Shown here: in pieces, positions 25,836 through 39,662 of the stretch
How the letters are laid out: each line of letters starts with the position of its first letter
Numbering within the stretch: the stretch's first letter is position 1
Assembly: GCA_964016885.1 (NCBI GenBank)
Contig: OZ024740.1
Span: forward strand, 362,948,001 to 363,012,000
Source of the DNA: Eledone cirrhosa
Lineage: Eukaryota
Length of the DNA: 64,000 nt
Reading direction: 5' to 3'
Notes under the pieces: model-generated
Told to the model about the DNA's origin: nothing
The model's input: only the letters and a program-made list of their open reading frames with translations
Databases searched by the model: none
Made by a program: the position numbers and the translations under genes

Positions 25836-26033
25836 AATAAAGTAAATAAAATACAGAGGTAATTGAAATTAAATAAATACATACACGCATCCATAAACGT
25901 ACATACACAAGCATTACGTCTCCGAACATATGTGTATTTACATGTAGGTATGTGTGTGCGCTTGTTATATACGTATTTATTTATTTATATACGTTTATTT
26001 ATTTATATACGTTTATTTAATTATATGTATACA

Positions 26034-26121
<88 letters not shown>

Positions 26122-26327
26122 TATATGTACTTGGTGTATACATTCGTATGCGTGCGGGTAATGCGTTGCGTGGGTTCTGTAAGTGCGTGCGGGGTTTTTT
26201 TTTGTGTACGTGCGTGTATTTGTATACCTGTGGCGAGTGTTTTCGCGTATGCTTGTGTATGTACGTTTATGGATGCGTGTATGTATTTATTTAATTTCAA
26301 TTACCTCTGTATTTTATTTACTTTATT
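25836..26327. repeat. Inverted repeat with about 80-bp arms
   Basis: 25836-25914 is the reverse complement of 26249-26327. Confidence 0.85.
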
Positions 26328-26365
26328 CTATATATGTATGTATGTATATATATAAATATATATCG

Positions 26366-26433
<68 letters not shown>

Positions 26434-27259
26434 TTGTATAAATTTTACATTACAGGTGATAAATGAAGAAAGAAGGAGAAGAAGAAGCAGTGAACGAGTT
26501 TGATGACGAGAAGTATACATTTTCATGGAGAAATAATATATATATGATATATATATAAGTATAATAACGATGAAGGTGGTGGGAGAGAGATGGGTTGTAT
26601 TTTTTTAACACTGGGTATAAGAGACGGCAGAGCAGACGATAGAACGTTTCTTCCCAAGCCTAGCATTTTTTTTGTTACTCTATGGTGTATTATAAATAAA
26701 AATTCTGAGTCATAAAAGACAAATAGAAAACCTGCTTTATAACACAACGTTGGGATAATATTCTCATTTTGCTTGGAAAATTATTGACTTGACAGTAAGG
26801 TGTTGAAGATTATCATTTGAGATAGCAAGTTGGTGATTAACAGTTGTTTATTAGGTTTCTTAATCCCATGAGGTCGATAAAATAATAAGTATCAGCAATA
26901 TTTTCTGGATTCAATTCATTCGACCTGACTGAGTTCTATATTTTAAAATACGGCCCTGCAACTATTCCGAAGAAAGAGTTATTGATTTTCATGAAAGGGT
27001 TAATGGTAGAAGAAGCTTATAATAGTTGTTGGTTTTGTTATTGTAATGGTGGTGATGGTGGTGGTGATAGTGGTGGTGATGGTGGTGGTGGTGGTGGTGG
27101 TGGTGGTGGTATGGTCGTTCTTGTCGTGAAACTGTTGCTGTTATTTAGCTCCAAGTCTGCTCTATCGAGCAAACATACGATTTAAAGTGTTCTAGCAATG
27201 ATCATAGGATGTTTTAAGACTTAGTGTATATACCAGGATATCATTATATATACCAAGAT

Positions 27260-27450
27260 AGGGCGGTGGATTGGCAGTATCGGTAGAGAGTGGGACGCCA
27301 TGCTTTCCAGCATAGTTACGTCCCTTTACGGTCTGAGTTCAAATCCCGCCGAGGTTCACTTTGCTTTTCATCCTTACGGGGTCGATAAAATAAAGTACCA
27401 GTAATGTACTGGGTAATTGCTGGCCTTGTACCAAAAGTAGAAACAATTAT
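27260..27450 (+). mobile_element. Full-length SINE family A
   Basis: GGGCGGTGGATTGGCAGTATCGG (A box), GAGTTCAAATCC (B box), TTTCATCCTTACGGGGTCGATAAAATAAAGTACCAG core, GTAGAAACAATTAT tail; TATATACCA(A/G)GATA on both flanks. Confidence 0.92.
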
Positions 27451-28384
27451 ATATACCAGGATAACCAATGCATCTTTTTTGTTAAGGCTGATAGTAGTTT
27501 GAGTCTTATTTGCTGCTGCGTCTAAAATTTCAAGGCCCTGAATAATTTCTAACAGAGACAAAAGACAAGAATTTAGGAATTAGTCGATTAAATGGATCTC
27601 AGTATTTGATTTGTACATTATTTTATGGATTTTGGAAGAATGAAAAGCAAAGTTTACCTCGGCGGGATATGAAATAAGAACGAAAAGTGTCGGACCAAAT
27701 ACAGCCAGGCATTTCTGCCTCTTTTACAAATTTAGAAATTATTAACACACCTAAAAAGATGATTTAGTGGCACTATATTGCTGTTCTTTAGCTTCAGATC
27801 AGCCCTGATCGTGCAGACCTATGATCAACTGCATTTTATTTTTTACACGGGACTATAATATCCAAAGATCCTTTCTTTTTTGAGACACTAGCAAGATTAA
27901 ATATCTAGTAGTATCTAGATTCGTTTCTTTAGGGTATGAGTTCAAAATGTCAAATACTGACAGAGTTCCTCTTGCCTTTCGTCCTACCGAGGTTGATAAA
28001 ATAAAGATCAGTAATGTACTGAAATCGATTGGAACGACAAGACGCTTCTTGAATAAATCTGTGGCCTTTTGCCATAATAATTGTTTTTGCATTTGGAATT
28101 GATTATGAGACTAGCGCGCTGCCTACTGCGTTACCGTTGCGCCATAATGATAATCTATTGTTATTTACAAGCCTCTGCCTCTGCCCGACTAGCTAGAATT
28201 AGCAGCTAAATCCTCCCTCAAACTATACCCCACCGTCTTTAAAAGAGGACATTTTGGATAATGTTAACTCAAATACATTATGACTAAATAAAGAACTGTC
28301 TGAAATCGTTTAATCATATAATATCTTAATCTGGAGCTAAACAAAACAATAAATATCTTTTATACATACATACATACATACATA

Positions 28385-28798
28385 CATGGTGGCTGCCAAC
28401 TCGTTTTCGAGTACGGCCACTACTTTATATCCATGTAGGAGAACCCCTACCGATGCGCTGAACGAGTGTGACTTTTTAGTCCAGCCAGCGACTTGAAAAC
28501 TCTGGTACAAACACTACACTTGTGACAATTATTGACACATATTGCTGGGCCCATGGTACCATGTAACGACAAGTGCAGAGAGATCTCCAGATATAAAGCA
28601 ATGCCTGTGCCGTGAAGCTTTTATAGTGAGCAAAGGCACTGCCCAAAGCCAGTACCACTCTCTTAACCAAGATGATATTTACCAAAAAGAAGAACAAGTC
28701 TACATCATTGGATACCATCAGAGTTGCAGGTGTTATATCAGAGTTTTCCTTCTCCTAGAATTCTGCCTTGACAAATGCTAAGGAGTCATCTCTCCCGG
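28385..28798. mobile_element. Unclassified interspersed repeat, near-identical to 43303-43715
   Basis: Both copies give near-identical translations in the ORF track (MVSNDVDLFFFL...); both lie within microsatellites. Confidence 0.8.
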
Positions 28799-28799
28799 A

Positions 28800-28853
<54 letters not shown>

Positions 28854-29073
28854 CTGAGTGGTTAGATAATTGTTAGATTCGCAATCGTGAGGTTGTGAGT
28901 TCGATTCCAGGACCGGGCGATGCGTTATGTCGTTCAGCAAGATACATTATTTCACGTTGCTCCTTGTACATGGAGTTGCGACCGATAGACAGTAATAGCA
29001 ATTGGAAAGACCAATGGAAACATTGTTCCCTCGGTCCGATTTGACGAAAGTCGATCGTTCCTTTCTCTCTTTC

Positions 29074-29151
<78 letters not shown>

Positions 29152-30099
29152 TTTACAATTGGAAATTTGTTAGGGCTTTCATACAACTGAGGTCAATAAA
29201 TTAAGTACTAGCCATGTTGTCGGGTCGATATAAACAAGTAATTCCCATTTCAATCAAATATGCGGCCGTGTGATAATGTAACAAATTACTATTGAGTTTT
29301 CATGAAGTAAAGCAAGTTAGAGGAATATATTAGGTTATCTTTAAAACCATTTACTCACGGGGCAACGTGTGTATCGAACATAAAATGGTAAAGAGAATCA
29401 ATTTATTCGTATACTCTTTTACTGGTTTCAGTCGTTAAACCACGGCCACTTTAGAAAAATGGCGGCGCATATAACAAACATTAAAGGTACAGAAATGATT
29501 TTCTGTGCAGTAACAGTCGCATTGATAATTATAATGTTTTCTTAGATAATAATGATTTAATGCATTGAAGTAAAAAAACATCAGAAATAAAGGTTGTTGC
29601 CAGCAATACCAATAACAGAGCAAAGTAAAAAATAAAACAAATTCCTTAAAAACATAATTGAGATATTTTTTATTAACACTTAATTAGAATTTCAATGTGA
29701 TGTCATTTAGTTTCCAAAATTAAAATTTATTGACATATTCGAGGTTTTTATTTTTCGTTTCTGAAATGTATCACTAGCTAAGTGTATTGTGATTTTATTC
29801 ATAACATTTATATTATGTTTGTATAAATATAGAATAGTTATTAATTATTTATAACCGGACAAATATCCATCTCTTTCGATCTCGAAAATCACCATAACTG
29901 TTTGTTATAGTGATTCAAGGATGTTGTACATATAATAGATATATATAGATATGCAATGGTACAATGGGTTAATATAATATCGTGGGTTGTTGATGTTTAC
30001 TCCTTAATACTTAGTGTATAAATGTAATTTAAATCAACCCTTGTCATGGACTGAGAACGTGATAACCAATGGGTGTTTGTTCTTATTATCTCTCTCTGA

Positions 30100-30184
<85 letters not shown>

Positions 30185-30279
30185 ATATATATATATAATA
30201 TATATATATAATATATATATATAATATATATATATAATATATATATATAATATATATATATAATATATATATATAATAT

Positions 30280-30315
<36 letters not shown>

Positions 30316-30389
30316 ATATCGCTACTTGGCAAATAACTATATGTATCACCTATCCTCCCCTTTTTATTCTCTTTCTCGATACGTAAATA

Positions 30390-30494
<105 letters not shown>

Positions 30495-30578
30495 AGTTAT
30501 TCCGGGTTGAATCGGAGGTAACCACAGTAAGTAAGGTACTCAATACATAGCAGAGTATAACAGTTTTAATATAGATGA

Positions 30579-30627
30579 AATTCTACAGGACTAGAACTGT
30601 TTCATTCTTTAGAAATCATCAGGAATC
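30579..30627 (-). ncRNA. Type I hammerhead ribozyme, left member of a back-to-back pair
   Basis: Minus strand: GATTC-CTGATGA-TTTCtaaaGAAT-GAAA-CAG-ttctagtc-CTG-TA-GAATT. Confidence 0.78.
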
Positions 30628-30633
30628 CCTGAT

Positions 30634-30682
30634 GATTCCTGATGATTTCTAAAGAATGAAACAGTTCTAGCCCTGTAGAATC
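30634..30682 (+). ncRNA. Type I hammerhead ribozyme, right member of a back-to-back pair
   Basis: GATTC-CTGATGA(30639-30645)-TTTCtaaaGAAT-GAAA(30658-30661)-CAG-ttctagcc-CTG-TA-GAATC; predicted cleavage after 30677. Confidence 0.8.
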
Positions 30683-30775
<93 letters not shown>

Positions 30776-30799
30776 CATACGCGTGTGTGTGTGAGTGCA

Positions 30800-31000
30800 T
30801 TCTATGAGGATCATTCAGATATTTGTTTGGAAGGAGTATCTGTTGTAGAGGTAGCTGAAAATTATATACACATGTTGAGTGTACAATCCCATACTGGTGA
30901 TGTTGAAAAATATGTCAAAACTAGATTAGCAAAAGCCATTTCAGTTTTCAAACGACTCAAAATCTGGGCATCGAGCCGAAAGTGGCAACCAGTTTACTAA
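30800..31000 (+). pseudogene. RTE-like LINE RT C-terminal fragment
   Basis: LEGVSVVEVAENYIHMLSVQSHTGDVEKYVKTRLAKAISVFKRLKIW fits the RTE pattern V..F.YLGS.....G....EI..RI.KA...F..L..IW. Confidence 0.65.
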
Positions 31001-31368
31001 TGACATCCTGCACTACCCTGTTAGCGTTTCTGATATGATTGGTATGAAATGGATAGCACATGGTGGCAAGAGACCTTGTGCCAGATCAATAATTACTTGA
31101 TGTGCAACAGTGAAAGATCTGTGAAAGAGAAAAGCCAACTGGTATCAGGCTCCAAAACCTGCTCAAGACCGATCAAAATTGAGATGGACCTTAGTTGTAC
31201 ACCAGCTGGAGTAACAAGGTAGTTTTTGATTCCAGAGTCGAGCCCGATCGACACAGATCGAACCTTGAACTGATCAATCACGATATGCGCGTGAAACCTC
31301 GATAAATGTAATGTAAATTTGACACCTCGTCCATACTATCCCCTCAATCTATCTTATTTCTCATTCTT

Positions 31369-31404
31369 TCTTCTAATGAAGGAGTAGCGTCCGAAACGTT
31401 AAGA
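31369..31404 (+). ncRNA. Minimal hammerhead motif with a core mutation; same family as 60346
   Basis: TCTT-CTAATGA-AGGAGtagcGTCC-GAAA-CG-TT-AAGA. Confidence 0.6.
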
Positions 31405-31509
31405 CCCTCTTCCTGCTATATCAAGCGTTAACCTAATATATCCCTTCCGTATACTGTATCGATTGTGTTGTTATTTCTGTTTACCTTTTACATACATACA
31501 TACATACAT

Positions 31510-31575
<66 letters not shown>

Positions 31576-31622
31576 TAACTATATTTCCTTATGTTTTTAT
31601 ATATCTCTTGTATTACTTTTAT

Positions 31623-31654
<32 letters not shown>

Positions 31655-31712
31655 TGCCCGTTAAACTTTTGCCTTTCTTCAGGAGATTTTTCAAATATTT
31701 CACTATGTTTTA

Positions 31713-31790
31713 AATTGCCTTGTCCGATGAACGAATGAAGACGTTTTTTATATTCGTCTTATTCGGGAAACCACTGGTAATGAGGTAATT
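31713..31790 (+). ncRNA. Hammerhead motif in a solo copy (about 31620-31890) of the 12290 PLE terminal repeat
   Basis: AATTGCCTTGT-CCGATGA-A-CGAATGAAGACG...CGTCTTATTCG-G-GAAA-CC-act-GG-TA-ATGAGGTAATT; about 100 bp downstream also match 12368-12466. Confidence 0.75.
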
Positions 31791-31990
31791 ATATTGTATT
31801 GTTTATTATACATTAAATTTAGCTCTGGTACTTACATAGAGCACTCTTCACTCCTATGACTTTTTCAATTTTCAACGGAAACTTCAATACTTATATATAT
31901 ATATATATATATCATATACTGAGTTAGAAACTCAAAATAGTCTCTTACAATTAAATAGCTCTAAGAAAGAAGTTTTTCTGAGTCGTGTAA

Positions 31991-32168
31991 TATAGTTGAA
32001 TATACTGGAGAGATAAACACAAATATAAACATACATGTGTTTAAATTAAGCCTGGCAAACCATATTGTTATAGTTAGTATTTTTTCCACCCTAGCAAAAC
32101 TGGTCCTTTACAATTCGAACACATGTATGTTTATATTTGTGTTTATCTCTCCTGTATATTCAACTATA
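31991..32168. repeat. Inverted repeat with about 55-bp arms
   Basis: TATAGTTGAATATACTGGAGAGATAAACACAAATATAAACATACATGTGTT and its reverse complement at about 32118-32167. Confidence 0.85.
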
Positions 32169-32321
32169 TATATATTGGTAAAAGGAAAAGAAAATGCTGA
32201 CAAATTGTTCCCAGTGAAAAATAGTTTAATTAGGAATAAGTAAAAATTAGTAATAATATATATATATACTAATATATATATATACTAATAATATATATAT
32301 ATATACTAATATATATATATA

Positions 32322-32572
32322 CTAGCAGATTTACCCGGCGTTTCTCGGGGTTTGAAATTAAGCTAAGAATATACAGCTAGGAAGTAAAAGAATTAAATAA
32401 GCAATAATATATATTTAATCAACAGCTACGAAGTTTAGTAGATAAATTATGTAATATTCATTCATTATTTATTCAAAGTAATCCAACTTATTTTACAAAC
32501 GGGATAAAAAAACAATATTCTGGACGCAGTCTCGCACTCCTTTCTTTATTATTGTTAAGATATCTATATAGA
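32322..32572 (-). mobile_element. Short non-autonomous Helitron
   Basis: Minus strand ends CCCGAGAAACGCCGGG-TAAATCTG-CTAG|T (GC hairpin plus CTAG) and begins TC(TATAT); inserted in an AT tract. Confidence 0.6.
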
Positions 32573-32696
32573 TGGGATTATAAGGGACTGATAACTGTCA
32601 GGCTCTGGCCAAAGAACTTTTGGTGTCAATGGTTTATTGACACCTGTCAAATAAATTAGTGGTGACGGTGGTGGAGATTGCAACAATAGCAGCAAA

Positions 32697-32731
<35 letters not shown>

Positions 32732-33106
32732 TGTATGTATGTATGTATGTATGTATGTATGTATGTATGTATGTATATAAATATATATATATATATAAGT
32801 TTGAGTAAGTGTTGGTTAGTTACTGACACTTCAGTATGCAGGGTAGCACACTCAACGAAGTGCGCAGGTGGATCTGTTTTTCTCCGGAGTAATTGAAAAA
32901 CATTTAAAGTGTCAGTGAACAGGTTAATTTTAATTAAAATCATTTGATATGCCCAGTTCGGAAGTATGGTGCTGTTTTCTTAAAGAACTGGTGGTAGGTG
33001 AGAAGACAACACCATACCTCGAGACTGGGCATATCAAAAGATCGAAATAACAGAGGTAAATTTTGTTCCATCATAATGTTTTTTTTTTTTTACTATTCAA
33101 GTTCTA

Positions 33107-33165
33107 GCTGTCTGATGAGGTCATGGCTGTTGAATAATGGTTAACACAGAAATATATATAACAGC
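33107..33165 (+). ncRNA. Minimal hammerhead motif, related to the 52.6-kb pair
   Basis: GCTGT-CTGATGA(33112)-irregular stem II with TGTTGA/TTAACA-GAAA(33149)-TATATA-TA-ACAGC. Confidence 0.6.
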
Positions 33166-33269
33166 AAATAGACGAAGTTAATCTGATCCTGTTGACATAC
33201 ACTTCTTGTTTATATATATATATAGATAGATAAAAGAAATCAAAGAACGCCTATATACTCAAACAATTA

Positions 33270-33325
33270 TTATTCGCTGACAATGTTTTATCCATACCGT
33301 GGGGCAGGAATCATCAGAGTGTTAT
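33270..33325 (-). ncRNA. Degenerate hammerhead motif resembling the 24955 family
   Basis: Minus strand: CACT-CTGATGA-TTCC...GGAT-AAAA-C-att-G-TC-AGCG (GAAA mutated). Confidence 0.45.
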
Positions 33326-33440
33326 AAACAAAAACATAGTGTTGAATATAAGTTCTATCAAGCTTAGTCACCAGAAAAGTGGAGATATTGTACAGGAATA
33401 TAAGAGGGAGATTGGAGATGAGAAGGATGGAGAAAATGCG

Positions 33441-33505
<65 letters not shown>

Positions 33506-33674
33506 AAAATAACAGTTTCAAAAGATCCCGTTAAGGGTGAAAGCAGCGATTTTTTGCTTAAACTTTAATCTGTTATTTTCATAAATATTTGCTCTAGGTT
33601 TCTTATATAGTTGATATATATTTATCCTTATCGAGCCCTCTTTGGATTTTAGTCTTCACATTTATTATTATTAG

Positions 33675-33709
<35 letters not shown>

Positions 33710-33834
33710 GATATCTAAATATACATATACATATACACGCGTACACATATATACATACGCACACATACATATATATACACATAAACATATATATACACAC
33801 ATATATAAATAGAATTTTATATAAGTTGGATGTA

Positions 33835-33895
<61 letters not shown>

Positions 33896-34019
33896 CCAGT
33901 ATACATACACATACAAACAAACACATAAATATACATACATCTAAATACTCACACATACATACAGACAGACAGACCCCCCCCTCACACACACACATATGTA
34001 TATATATATATACATAAAC

Positions 34020-34300
34020 CGGCACCTCGTTTGTTACGACGAAGATTGTTCCAGTTGATTCGATCAACGGAACAGCCTCCTCGAGAAATTAACGTGCAGT
34101 GGCTGAGCATTCCATTGATACTCATACTGTTAATGTAATTCTCAATAAAACTCAGCGTGACAAAGAATGTATGGGTACAACTCATTTTTGCCAGCTGAGT
34201 GGACTTATACCACGTGAAATGAAGGATCTTCCTCAAGGATCCAACGCGACGCCGGGCCTCGAACTCACGACCTTACTATCATGAGCCGAATATCCTATAT
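34020..34300 (-). mobile_element. SINE family B; further copies at about 28850, 35030, 36235, 36770, 47270, 49600, 53425 and 55146
   Basis: tRNA-like head on minus (GATATTCGGCTCATGATAGTAAGGTCGTGAGTTCGAGGCCCGGC), then CCACTCAGCTGGCAAAAATGAGTTGTACC body. Confidence 0.8.
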
Positions 34301-35996
34301 AACAATGCGGAAAATGAATAGAAAGATTCATTAGGGATATCGAGTTAAACCAAGAAAGGAAAGGAAAGGGCTCTTTACTTCTGATGGAGTGGTAATTGCA
34401 CCGTCCTGATACATGACATGTCTTGAGAATGTTAAACCTAGCAGAGCCCATCTGTCTCTATGGCTGAACAACAGATGATTTCTTCCAGAAATTTGGAGGG
34501 AGCAAGATAGACAAAGTGTGAGGGATACATAGGGGGGAAATCGACGACAGTACTCGACAAGTACTTCATTTATCGACCTTGAAAGGATCAAAAACCAAAT
34601 TGATCTCAATGAGATTTGAATTCAGTGTGTACTGAGCTAGAACAAGTACCAAGGTATTTAAACTGATGCAGAAATGATTCTGCCAATGTGATTCAAAGTG
34701 ATAACTTTTAAATTCAAATGAAGGCAAATAAATGTTGTAGGAGAATGTGTAAATTGCAATAACTAATATTTGATACTCACTATTTAATGGAATGAAAACA
34801 CTAAAAAATACAGTTAATACAAAGCTAGAGCTAGCAGAGAATAATACATTAAGAGTTGAACATACATTGATTGAGACCGCAGGGAAATATGTAAAGAGTT
34901 ACTGGATATTTACAATAACATATAATAAAAGAGAGAGATATAAGCACAAATAACAGATATCGGAATGATATCAGAAGCTATTGTTCTACAGAAAATGCTT
35001 TTATTGTTTTTGTTGCTGTTGTTGGACCTTCGTCAGTTCCGAAGACGAGTGATCCAGTTGTTCGAGCAACAGAAAAGTCTGTTCATAAAATTAACCTGTA
35101 AATGATGGAACATTCCACCGACACACGTATACCCTTAACGTAGTTCTCGGAGAGATTCAGCTGGATACAGTTTATGATAGGGATGACCCTATGAATTACA
35201 GGAACGATCCATATTTTTTCCAGTTGAATACAGATGAGTCAGGGGAAATAAAGTATCTTACTTAAGAACACATCGCGTCGCTCGGATTCAAACTCAAAAC
35301 TTACGACAACGAGCTAAATACCCTAACCACTAAGGCACGTACCTTCAGATTGAGTTCATAAGGAGATATGTAAAGATTCGCTGAATATTTCCCAGTTAGC
35401 CATTGTTCTACAGAAAAGGCAGATATTCCAAGACTTCATATAGATGTAGGTGGAGAATTGATAGAGTAGTTAGAACGTCGGCTAAAAGTTTTTGTAGAAA
35501 TTGTCCATGCTCTTTGCACTCTTAGTTCAAATAACCTCTGAGGTCAACTTTGTTTTCTATCCTTTTGGAATCGATATAATCGACTTCCCCCATTTCGATA
35601 TTGCTGGTATTGTGCCAAAATTACTGACCATTATTATCTTGGATTATCATAACCGTTAGAGCGCTGGGAAAAGGTATCATAGTAATTAGTTATGTCTCTT
35701 TACATTCTGAATTCAAATCTTAGCAAAGTCACTTTTGCCGTTCATCCTTCCGGTGTCTATAAGATAAAGAATTAGTTAAGTACAGGGGTCGATTTAATTG
35801 GCTAAGTCTTAACCCCATTATTGCTGACCTTGTGCTTAAATTAGAAACTATCATTATATTTAATACAGTTGGGAAATGTTCACCTTCCAGTGTAACCTGG
35901 AGACTTCGTGACTATATAAAAACATGGTTTTGTTCTTCATCATTCTTTTTCTACTCCTCGTTCTCATTATCACCACCACCACCCCACCAGTCGTTG

Positions 35997-36027
<31 letters not shown>

Positions 36028-38447
36028 CAACAACATCATTACCCTCACCGATACCGCCACCATACCACCTCCGTCGCTGTATCATCGTCGTCGTCATCAT
36101 GATATTCATCACAACCAACCATCACCGCCACACCTGCAGTCTTTGCAATCATTGCTACTACCACCAACACCCTCGCAAATTAGAGTACAAAATGATTAAG
36201 TGGTGCCCCTCATATTACTAATATATTTAATTGCGAAGGCACGTGTCTTAGTAGTTAAGGCGTTTGGTTAACGAACCCAACGTCGTAAATTCGATTCCCG
36301 ACAACACTTTATCTCCGAGAGCAATACATTTCCTGTCATGTTACTCCACACCATTCAGCTGTGAAAAGGGAGTTGTACCTGTGATGCAAAGGAATGGAAT
36401 GGACATTCGTTAGTTTCGACGATGAGTGTTTCAGTTGTTGGATTAATGGAATTGACTGCTCATGAAATTAACGTGTAAGTGGCTGAATATTCCACTGACA
36501 CGTATACACTTAATGTGAAATTCAGCATTATACTGTATGGCAAGACTGGTCATTTGAATTTTAGGCACAACCTATCCAACGGACTTGTAAACAATTTCCA
36601 TTTATCCAATTTCACTCACTAGGATGTATCGTCTCTAAGCTATGGTAAATGACACTTACTCAAGATGTGACGCAATGGAGTCGAACTCAGGACCTAATGT
36701 TTGCGAAGCGAACTTAACATTCAGCCATACCACGCCGACTAATTTAAAGATCATGCTTTGTCACACTGGATCTCTCCGAGAAATGCGTTACGGGTCGGGT
36801 ACACGTGTCTATGGAATGCTCAGAGCCTTACACGTGAATTTCACGAGCAGGCTGTTTGGCTGTTTGTACAACTGGAACGCTTGTTGTCGGAACCAACGAA
36901 GCTCCAGCAACAAACACCATCTTCAACTATACCCACATTAAATGAATAACAATTTTATCTACTTTACCATGTATCCAACACCTACTTTTGGCATGTCAAC
37001 CGTCTTATCTTGTTTTGATTCTTAACATCGTATAATGATTTAGCACAATAGATCTAAAAACGGGTTCTGTTATTTCAAATGTTTGTAGTAACTTTACAAG
37101 TGGAAAGATTCATGTGAAAATGTGTAGTATTAGAATATGTACGTTATTGTTGACTGTCATGTAGTCATAGTGCTGGTTCATACTTTTCAAGAATATATTG
37201 CTAATTTGTTTTCATGTGATTTGTTAATTCAAATATTTATAGAATTATTACTAAGACGGATTGCTATGCTCATATGCAATATTAGAGTAAATACTTTAAT
37301 TTTTTATGCGATGAGATTGTCTTACAGGACGTAAAGAGTTAAAGTTTTTTCTAATCATTTGTACTGTGCTAAATAAAGGTTTCTCTTCTTTTCCTTTAGA
37401 CTTCCTTGGCATGTGTTCTCTTTGTCTGACAAATTGTCCATGGAACACTTTTTCTTTCCAGTTTTCTCTTGTTTTATTATGTATTAAATCTTTCTGATTC
37501 TATTCATTCACCATTGATTCTCCTGGCTGACATCTTTAGTTCTGTAATTGTTAAGTGTACTGTGACTGTTGCAATGAATAGTATCTCCCTTCCTCTGTTT
37601 TCTTTTGTGATGTGCAATCTACCAACACTACTTTTGTATGTGTGTTTAAACTATTGGGATTGTGGGATTGGTACTTATTAAGTGTGTTTATCGATTTCCT
37701 TAAATTCGATTTCCGTTCAAGGAAGACCACCAAATATCACAATGCAATGCTTAGGTGTTTTCCTCTTTATTGTTATTATTTTCGTTTAGCTTTGACACTA
37801 TATTCTTCCTGAACACACGTCCTTCCTTACTTCCACCTTCTCTTCCTGCCGTCTCTCCTACTCCTTTTTATTATTGTTGTCTCCAGTTTTGCCATTTATT
37901 TCGTTTCCTTTTCTTTCATCTTTCTCTAACACTAATACGGTTAAGCCTCCCCTACGTGACCTAATTGCCTTGTTATCAATTTCCGTATTAAAGTCCACTA
38001 GCCTCTCCGATCCATCAGTTTGAAACATTTAAGAAAAGTGCTGGCAGAAAGTTCTACATACATCTCCTTAGAATCGAATAACACCCGGGGTCCCGCTCTA
38101 GCAAAGACAGAATTGTAAGTTTCTTGCCACTTGAAACCACAAACACCTGTCCATTCTTTGACCACACACCTTAGCTCTGGCAACGCAACTTTATTTATTG
38201 TATGGATAATATGGCTTTAGTAAGAACGATAAAAGATTATTGTTATTATTCAGGGTTACTCTTGCTTAGTGGTCAGGGTAGCCATGTAGTTCTGTGAATT
38301 TTTCTATGAGTAGCCCTCTTTTTTGTTTGATTTTATTGTTAATCAATTTATTTTTGTTTCGCTATTTTTAGACTTTTCATGTAAACCTACATTGAATCGT
38401 CCTAAATATTTTTGGAACCCCCTGTGCTTAATACAGAAATTTTTATG

Positions 38448-39080
38448 CGGTGGATTGGCAGAATTGTTAGATCATCAGACAAAATCTATTGTAGCATTTA
38501 GTTATAGCCCTTTATGTTATGAATTCAAATCCCGCCGAGGTTAGCACTGCATTACATCCTTACGAGGTCGATAAAATAAAGTACCAGTCACGCACTGGGG
38601 TCAATTTGATCCACTTTCTCCTCCACCAAAATTGCTGGCTTTGTGCCTATATAAGAAACCATTATTATTATGTATGAGGGCGGTGGATTGGCAGTATCGG
38701 TAGAGAGTCGGACGCCATGCTTTGACGCATAGAGTTACGGCCCTTGCCATTCTGAGTTCAAATCCTGCCGAGGTTAACTTTATCTTTCATCCTTTCGGGG
38801 TCGATAAAATAAAGTACCAGTAATGTACTGGGTACTTGCTGGCCTTGTGCCAAAAGTAGAAACAATTATTATGTAGGAGGATCATTAGAGCGTCGGATGA
38901 AATGCTTTGCGGTATTTGTTCCAATACTTTATACTTTAAATTCAAACCCACCGAAGTCAACTTTACCGTCCATCCTTCTGAACAATATAAAATAAAGTAC
39001 CAGACAAATACTACGGTCGATGTAATTGACTTTTCCCACCCATCAAAATTCCTCGCCTTGTGCCTAGATTAAAAATTATC
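38448..39080 (+). mobile_element. Head-to-tail array of 3 family A SINEs
   Basis: Heads at about 38448, 38678 and 38880; each has a GTTCAAAT-like B box and the ATAAAATAAAGTACCAG core. Confidence 0.88.
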
Positions 39081-39354
39081 ATTATATTTAATCGGAAAAA
39101 ATGAAACAAAATTTGATTTCCCACTCTTAGTACGGCTGTTACTTAAATATAAGTATGTACACGTACATACTTATATGTATACAGACGTACAGTAGTATGT
39201 ATATATATATACATACATGCACACATATATATATGTACGTATGGATTCACCGAACATTTATTATAATGCTCGGTGTGTTTGTAAACAAACATCCCGTATT
39301 AAGCCGTAGTATCTAGCAACCATCATTGCTCGTTTGTTCAACACTGACAAAGGA

Positions 39355-39397
39355 ACGCTGTACTAGTTTCAAGCTTATTAGCTATCGTCAGCAACGT
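39355..39397 (-). ncRNA. Minimal type I hammerhead ribozyme, intact core, inside a repeat (39100-39470) shared with 45200-45840
   Basis: Minus strand: ACGTTG-CTGACGA-T-AGCT-aata-AGCT-T-GAAA-CTAG-TA-CAGCGT. Confidence 0.85.
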
Positions 39398-39485
39398 ATA
39401 CCTTCCTGCCAGATTGTTGAACGTATATACTTACCTTATGCATATTAACGGCTGAGTAGCCCAATTTGCATACTCTCTCTCTCTT

Positions 39486-39517
<32 letters not shown>

Positions 39518-39519
39518 AT

Positions 39520-39593
<74 letters not shown>

Positions 39594-39603
39594 TATATAT
39601 AAT

Positions 39604-39661
<58 letters not shown>

Positions 39662-39662
<1 letters not shown>

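Noticed and set aside
27260-27350. tRNA genes at A/B-box motifs
   Set aside because: No full cloverleaf; each continues into a shared SINE body and tail.
37380-38200. Possible host exon (polypyrimidine-AG at 37399, GTAAGT at 38115)
   Set aside because: No open frame links the signals; the minus strand looks more like a decayed LINE 3' end.
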